DNA of 51,239 nt, taken from assembly GCA_031381325.1 (NCBI GenBank), contig JANMXV010000074.1:1-51239 (forward strand), read 5' to 3'. Below the pieces are notes generated by a model. That model saw only the letters and a program-made list of their open reading frames with translations. It was not told where the DNA came from and searched no databases. The translations under genes and the position numbers were made by a program. This document shows positions 46,979 to 51,239 of the stretch, one piece after another (positions within the stretch are counted from its first letter, which is position 1; each line of letters starts with the position of its first letter). The stretch comes from Betaproteobacteria bacterium. Lineage in GTDB: Bacteria; Pseudomonadota; Gammaproteobacteria; Burkholderiales; SG8-41.

Positions 46979-47323
46979 ATGCCTTACGTAATCCGGGATG
47001 CCGAAGGAAAAATCGTACAGGTGTTTGATCAGCCGGTGACGGGCGCGGCCGAACAGATTGCTCCCGATTCCAGCGAAATGAAGGAATTCCAGAAAGAACA
47101 CACCGCCAATACTGTCGAAGCATTGCGCCGCCAGCTTTCCGAAAGCGACAGCGGCATGGCGCGGCTGGTGGAAGACCTGATCGACGTATTGATCGGCAAG
47201 CGCGTGATCAAATTCACCGATCTGCCGCAGGCGGCAGGGGCCAAGTATCTCGAACGGCTATCCACCCGTGAGCGCATGCACGCGGTCAAGAGCATTATCG
47301 TGGATGCGGACGACATCATTTGA
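46979..47323 (+). CDS. Conserved hypothetical 114-aa protein
   Basis: MPYVIRDAEGKIVQVF...MARLVEDLIDVLIGKRVIKFTDLPQAAGAKYLER. Coding-like composition, GGAG upstream. No function recognised. Confidence 0.55.
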   Translation: MPYVIRDAEGKIVQVFDQPVTGAAEQIAPDSSEMKEFQKEHTANTVEALRRQLSESDSGMARLVEDLIDVLIGKRVIKFTDLPQAAGAKYLERLSTRERMHAVKSIIVDADDII

Positions 47324-47353
47324 TTTGAGTCGAATGCTTTGTCTGGCTCGCCC

Positions 47354-48670
47354 ATGCGTTTGATCTCGCTCTATTTTGCGTTGCTGATGGCCGTGGTTGT
47401 TGCGTCGCCGCCCGCCCGGGCGCAAGTGGCGCCGCCTTTGTCGCAACCGGTCGTTGAAGTCGCCGTATTCCGCGTAGCGCCGGTGGCTGCCGGAGCGGCC
47501 GATGCCCGCGGGCGAAATTTTCTGTTGCGTGGCATCGCGCTGCCGCCACCCGCCGCGGGTGGCGCAAGGGCCGAGCGTGTGATCGAAATACGCGCGCAAA
47601 AAAGCGAGGCCTGGGAAGATATCTTTCAGCGTATCGCGGGCATGCTCGCCATGAAATTGCCCGCCGCTGCCGCGCAATTCCGCCAAGCCTCACTGCCGCG
47701 GCTGTTGCCCGGCAAATATCTGCGGGTGAAAGCGTCTGCCGACGATATTCTCGAACTCGAATACATCGTTACCCCGGAAGAGGCCTACACGCTACGATTA
47801 AGCGACGCAACACTGCAAGTGAGGCCACTCGCTGGCGATCCGCGTTTGATCGAAAGCATGCGCGCAGATCCCTCCAAAGCGTCGCTGTTCACCGCCACCG
47901 ACGCCATTGGCCTGCCGGAAAACATCGCCTTGCAACTCACCGAAATATTCGCCGGTGAAGTGGATTTTCTGCGCGAACTGCATCAGGGTTATCGCTGCGC
48001 GATTGTTTACGAAGCGCATTACCGCGAAGGGTTTATCGAAAATTCCGGACGCATACTCGCGGCGGAACTCGAAGTCGGCAAACGCTGGTATCGCGCCTAC
48101 TATGCGCAGGATACCCAGGGGCAAGGCATGTACTTCGATCAAACCGGCAGAAGCACGCAGCGCCTGTTTCGCCGCTCGCCACTGGAATTTACGCGCATTA
48201 CCTCTGATTTCACGCTGGCGCGCTTTCATCCGATATTGGGCGTCTGGCGCGCACATCTCGGTGTGGATTACGCAGCGCCCACCGGTACCAAAGTCATGTC
48301 CGTGGCGGATGGTGTGGTGGAATTCGTTGGGCAACGCGGCGGCTACGGCAATTTGGTGACCGTACGCCATCACGAAAAATTTCTAACCTACTACGCGCAC
48401 TTGAACGCCTTCGCGCCCAAGCTCTCGGTGGGCGACAAAGTGACGCAAGGGCAGACCATCGGATTAGTAGGCATGACGGGGCTTGCCACTGGGCCGCATC
48501 TGCATTTTGAGTTTCACGTGCGCAGGGCGTCGGGGGAATGGGCCGCTGTGCCAGCCCCGGACGTCATTCATGCCACCCGTATTGCTGCTCCAGGCTTTGA
48601 GGGCCGGGTAAAAGTCTATCGCGATGGTTTGGCGGTAGCGAGTCAAGGTAACTATTTGTTTTTAGAGTAG
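47354..48670 (+). CDS. M23-family metallopeptidase (MepM-like murein endopeptidase) with signal peptide
   Basis: MRLISLYFALLMAVVVASPPARAQ. HLGVDYAAPTGTKV, GYGNLVTVRH, GMTGLATGPHLHFEF. ORF opens at 47339. Confidence 0.85.
   Translation: MRLISLYFALLMAVVVASPPARAQVAPPLSQPVVEVAVFRVAPVAAGAADARGRNFLLRGIALPPPAAGGARAERVIEIRAQKSEAWEDIFQRIAGMLAMKLPAAAAQFRQASLPRLLPGKYLRVKASADDILELEYIVTPEEAYTLRLSDATLQVRPLAGDPRLIESMRADPSKASLFTATDAIGLPENIALQLTEIFAGEVDFLRELHQGYRCAIVYEAHYREGFIENSGRILAAELEVGKRWYRAYYAQDTQGQGMYFDQTGRSTQRLFRRSPLEFTRITSDFTLARFHPILGVWRAHLGVDYAAPTGTKVMSVADGVVEFVGQRGGYGNLVTVRHHEKFLTYYAHLNAFAPKLSVGDKVTQGQTIGLVGMTGLATGPHLHFEFHVRRASGEWAAVPAPDVIHATRIAAPGFEGRVKVYRDGLAVASQGNYLFLE
48649..48664 (+). repeat. 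Copy E of recurrent 16-mer (exact), spanning the last codons of the M23 gene, about 380 bp upstream of the adhesin start
   Basis: TAACTATTTGTTTTTA encodes ..NYLFLE*. Followed by GAGTAGTTTTTG. Confidence 0.8.
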
Positions 48671-48915
48671 TTTTTGACATTGGTCGAAAGTAGGCCAAAC
48701 ACGTTTTCCGTTCACAAAGGCGCCAAAAACCGCAAGCGATAGTGGTTTGTGTCCGCGTATGCATGACCCGCAAAATTTCGCCACGCCGCAATTTAAAGGT
48801 GATGGCTCGATAACCTCAATGAACCTATTTAATAACGGATTCCGGGCAAAATTATCTCGCGCACAATTTGCAAAATATCATGAATCCAACCGTGACAAAT
48901 CACACATTCGATACC

Positions 48916-48931
48916 TTGGTATCGATACCAA
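48916..48931. promoter_or_regulatory. Perfect 16-bp palindrome TTGGTATCGATACCAA, candidate operator
   Basis: Direct reading. A third GATACC half-site lies at 48910-48915. 115 bp upstream of the adhesin ATG. Confidence 0.45.
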
Positions 48932-49045
48932 AGGCCCTGTTTTTCTCCGTGTCAAGCGCGCATGATTCAACCCATCAAAACGGAGGAGTGCGTCCGCCGA
49001 CGTGTTCCAGGCTCAAAAGTTTAACCTAGTTTCAAGGAGATCAAA

Positions 49046-51239
49046 ATGGCAACGGCATCCAGCACAAAAGCAGAAGTCGGCACGATCAAAGTAGCGATCG
49101 GCGACGTAAAAGTTGTTGGCGTCGATGGCGTCGCACGCGCAGTCGGCGTGGGCGACAAAGTGTACGCGAAAGAAGTTATCCAGACCGCCGCGAACGCCGT
49201 TGTGCAAGTGCAGCTTGCCGATGGCCGCATGCTTGATCTGGGCCGCGATTCCACGATCGCTCTCGATGAAGATCTCCTCGGGGCCACCCCGTCTGCAACC
49301 GCAAAAACGGCATCCCCAACGGACGACATCGCCGCGTTGCAAGCCGCGATTGCCGCCGGCGCCGATCCTTCAAAAGTAGCTGAAGCTACGGCAGCCGGCG
49401 GCGCTCCGGGCGCGGGCGGCGGCGGTAACGACGAAGGTAGCCATGAGCCGGTTATTCTCGGTCAAGCCAACGCCAGAGGCCCGGTTACCGCGGGTTTCAA
49501 TACGGCACCGGCGGCCATTGCCTTCCCCGAGGCCGTTCCGGTTAACCAGCCTCCGGCCGTGCCGACTGTTTCGGTTAATGTGCAAGTAGAACTGCAGGTC
49601 CATATTCCGACGCCTCCTCCTCCGGCTGGTGGAGCAAATGACGTGCCTTTTGCGCGCAACGACACCGATGTGGTCCCCAAGAGCACAACCGTGGCTACGG
49701 GCAACGTCGTTACCGGCGTAGGCACCACAAGCGGCGCGGCTGGCGCCGACACTCCAGGATCCGAGGGCGCAAGCGTTACCGCTGTTACCGGCACCCCAGT
49801 CTCAAATAACAATGGCGTAATTACCGTTGCCGGCGAGTTTGGTTTACTCACGATCAACCCCGACGGCAGCTACGTTTACACCCGCAACCCCGGCTCGCCC
49901 GACGGCGTAGTCGATAAATTCACCTACACGTTAACCGATGGCAGCGGCGATAAATCAACTGCAAATCTGCTAGTTGACATTGGTGGAAACGGCGACGGCA
50001 CACCGCAACTCCCAGGAGACCCGAACGGCACTGGCGTTGTAATTTCTGGAAATTCCGCGACCTTGATCGAAGGCACCGGCGGCCCGGACAGGATTGTTAA
50101 TTTTGTTATCTCGCTTGATCACCCCTTCATCGCCGATGTGCAGGTCACCTACACGATTGTGCCGGGTGCCGCGCAGAATCCCGCGGACTTCGGTGGTGCG
50201 CTTACCGGCACTGTGACGATTCCGGTGGGTGAGACGAAATTTATCGTGCCTGTGACCATTGTGCCGGACCACCTCGTTGAGGGTAACGAAGGGTTCAGCA
50301 TTGTGCTGACAAATGCCGTCAATGCGTCTATCAACCCGAATGCCGGTGCCGCATTCGTCACTATCGTAGACGATGACCTGCCCCCGCTCGCGCGCGATGA
50401 TACCTACGATGTAGTCCGCGGACAGCCGAACTCGCTCTCCAGCGTGCTAACGCACAAAGATCCGGGCGAAGCCACCGATGATTCCGGCGCGGGCCCGGGT
50501 GAAACGCTCATCGTAACCACCGTGGGCACTATCATCACTGCGCAGGGCGGTACGGTTGTGATGCAAGCGGACGGCACGTTTATCTACACGCCGCCAACGC
50601 ATTTAACCGGCCCGGATACCTTTATGTATTCGATGACCGACGGCTATAACGGCACCTCCACGGCCAAGGTAACCCTGAATCCGGGCAATGAACCGCCTAC
50701 CGTCAAACTTGACCTTGCCCCAGGCGCGGATCAGGTTAACGAAGCAGGTCTCGCCATTGGCTCCAATCCCACCAGCCCGAGCGAGTTTACGCATGGCAAG
50801 TTCACGCTGAGCGACCCGGATGGCGTGAAGGACCTTGACTCCGTCACCATCAACGGCACTCAAATCCCCGTGGACCAACTGGCGGGTAAGGTTATTACCA
50901 CCCCTATCGGCGTATTGACCATCGACGCCTACAACCCGGCTACCGGCGTTGCGAACTTCACCTATGAATTGAAAGTTCCGGTTCAGGATATTCCCAATCA
51001 AGCGGAAAAAGACCTATTCACGATAACGGTAACCGACAAAGCTTCAGCAACCTCTGCGCCCGCTATACTGTCGATCAACATTGTTGACGACGTACCGACG
51101 GCGCGTGACGACACAGATTCTGTTGCCTCCGGCAGCTTTGTACCGGAGACAGGTAACGTGCTGACGGGCGAAGGCACGGCGGGTGGCCTTGCGGGGCCCG
51201 GTGCAGACACTAAGGGTGCTGACGGTGCATTGCTGACAG
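49046..51239 (+). CDS. Giant LapA-like T1SS adhesin, N-terminal part only (retention module, Calx-beta and Ig/cadherin-like repeats); runs off the window end
   Basis: Not in the ORF track (no stop), but frame 49046 stays open for 731 codons. AAGGAGA RBS. MATASSTKAEVGTIKVAIGDVKVVGVDG...retention-module pattern. EATAAGGAPGAGGGGNDEG contains the LapG-type TAAG site. Calx-beta-like VQVTYTIVPGAAQNPADFGG...GNEGFSIVL. Confidence 0.85.
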   Translation, partial: MATASSTKAEVGTIKVAIGDVKVVGVDGVARAVGVGDKVYAKEVIQTAANAVVQVQLADGRMLDLGRDSTIALDEDLLGATPSATAKTASPTDDIAALQAAIAAGADPSKVAEATAAGGAPGAGGGGNDEGSHEPVILGQANARGPVTAGFNTAPAAIAFPEAVPVNQPPAVPTVSVNVQVELQVHIPTPPPPAGGANDVPFARNDTDVVPKSTTVATGNVVTGVGTTSGAAGADTPGSEGASVTAVTGTPVSNNNGVITVAGEFGLLTINPDGSYVYTRNPGSPDGVVDKFTYTLTDGSGDKSTANLLVDIGGNGDGTPQLPGDPNGTGVVISGNSATLIEGTGGPDRIVNFVISLDHPFIADVQVTYTIVPGAAQNPADFGGALTGTVTIPVGETKFIVPVTIVPDHLVEGNEGFSIVLTNAVNASINPNAGAAFVTIVDDDLPPLARDDTYDVVRGQPNSLSSVLTHKDPGEATDDSGAGPGETLIVTTVGTIITAQGGTVVMQADGTFIYTPPTHLTGPDTFMYSMTDGYNGTSTAKVTLNPGNEPPTVKLDLAPGADQVNEAGLAIGSNPTSPSEFTHGKFTLSDPDGVKDLDSVTINGTQIPVDQLAGKVITTPIGVLTIDAYNPATGVANFTYELKVPVQDIPNQAEKDLFTITVTDKASATSAPAILSINIVDDVPTARDDTDSVASGSFVPETGNVLTGEGTAGGLAGPGADTKGADGALLT

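Noticed and set aside
48690-48830. c-di-GMP-I (GEMM) riboswitch upstream of the adhesin (AAAGGCGCCAAAAACC...GGTTT and GACCCGCAAAAT).
   Set aside because: It only vaguely resembles the GGCAAACC / GACGCAAAGC cores and the two-hairpin architecture is not reproduced. Needs cmsearch; not claimed.
48747-48965. 72-aa ORF in the adhesin upstream region.
   Set aside because: Low GC, no RBS, atypical composition, and it contains the palindrome. More likely non-coding control DNA.
37742-51239. Lap block as a tRNA-Arg-integrated genomic island.
   Set aside because: No integrase or recombinase is present. I found no direct repeat of the tRNA 3' end elsewhere in the window. Coding GC looks similar to the flanks. 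The right boundary lies outside the window, so this cannot be settled here.

Overview
High-GC (about 60%) chromosomal segment with Betaproteobacteria-like synteny (hemA-prfA-prmC, aroQ-accB-accC-prmA, a Bug/TctC binding protein). I found no rRNA, CRISPR array, transposase or integrase. About three quarters of the window is ordinary housekeeping DNA: argH next to a LytS/AlgZ-type kinase and LytTR regulator, grxD, hemA-prfA-(EamA)-prmC, yajD, prpB, cutA-dsbD-tlpA, aroQ-accBC-prmA, dgkA, mscL, apaH, cytochrome c5 and tRNA-Arg(CCG). Accessory content: (1) a putative sulfoacetaldehyde acetyltransferase (Xsc) divergent from a TauE/SafE exporter; (2) a MazEF-type toxin-antitoxin pair; (3) an IclR - family III CoA-transferase - CitE-like lyase - Bug cluster of unknown substrate; (4) from 37.9 kb to the window end, a complete co-oriented c-di-GMP-gated adhesin module: LapG-like protease, LapD-like receptor, T1SS ABC/MFP/TolC and the 5' end of a giant retention-module adhesin. 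Unusual extra genes in that module are an atypical receiver-LuxR regulator, a 114-aa protein and an M23 peptidase. I see no convincing evidence for an entirely new protein system. The best unexplained signals are at the nucleotide level: an unclassified ~370-nt structured-RNA candidate with its own promoter-like site and terminator between hemA and yajD; a recurrent AT-rich 16-mer (3 exact and 2 one-mismatch copies, always co-oriented with the downstream gene, IHF-like); an SD-like heptamer-array hairpin between accB and accC; and a 16-bp perfect palindrome upstream of the adhesin gene. All family assignments come from reading the translations by eye and need HMM or BLAST confirmation.
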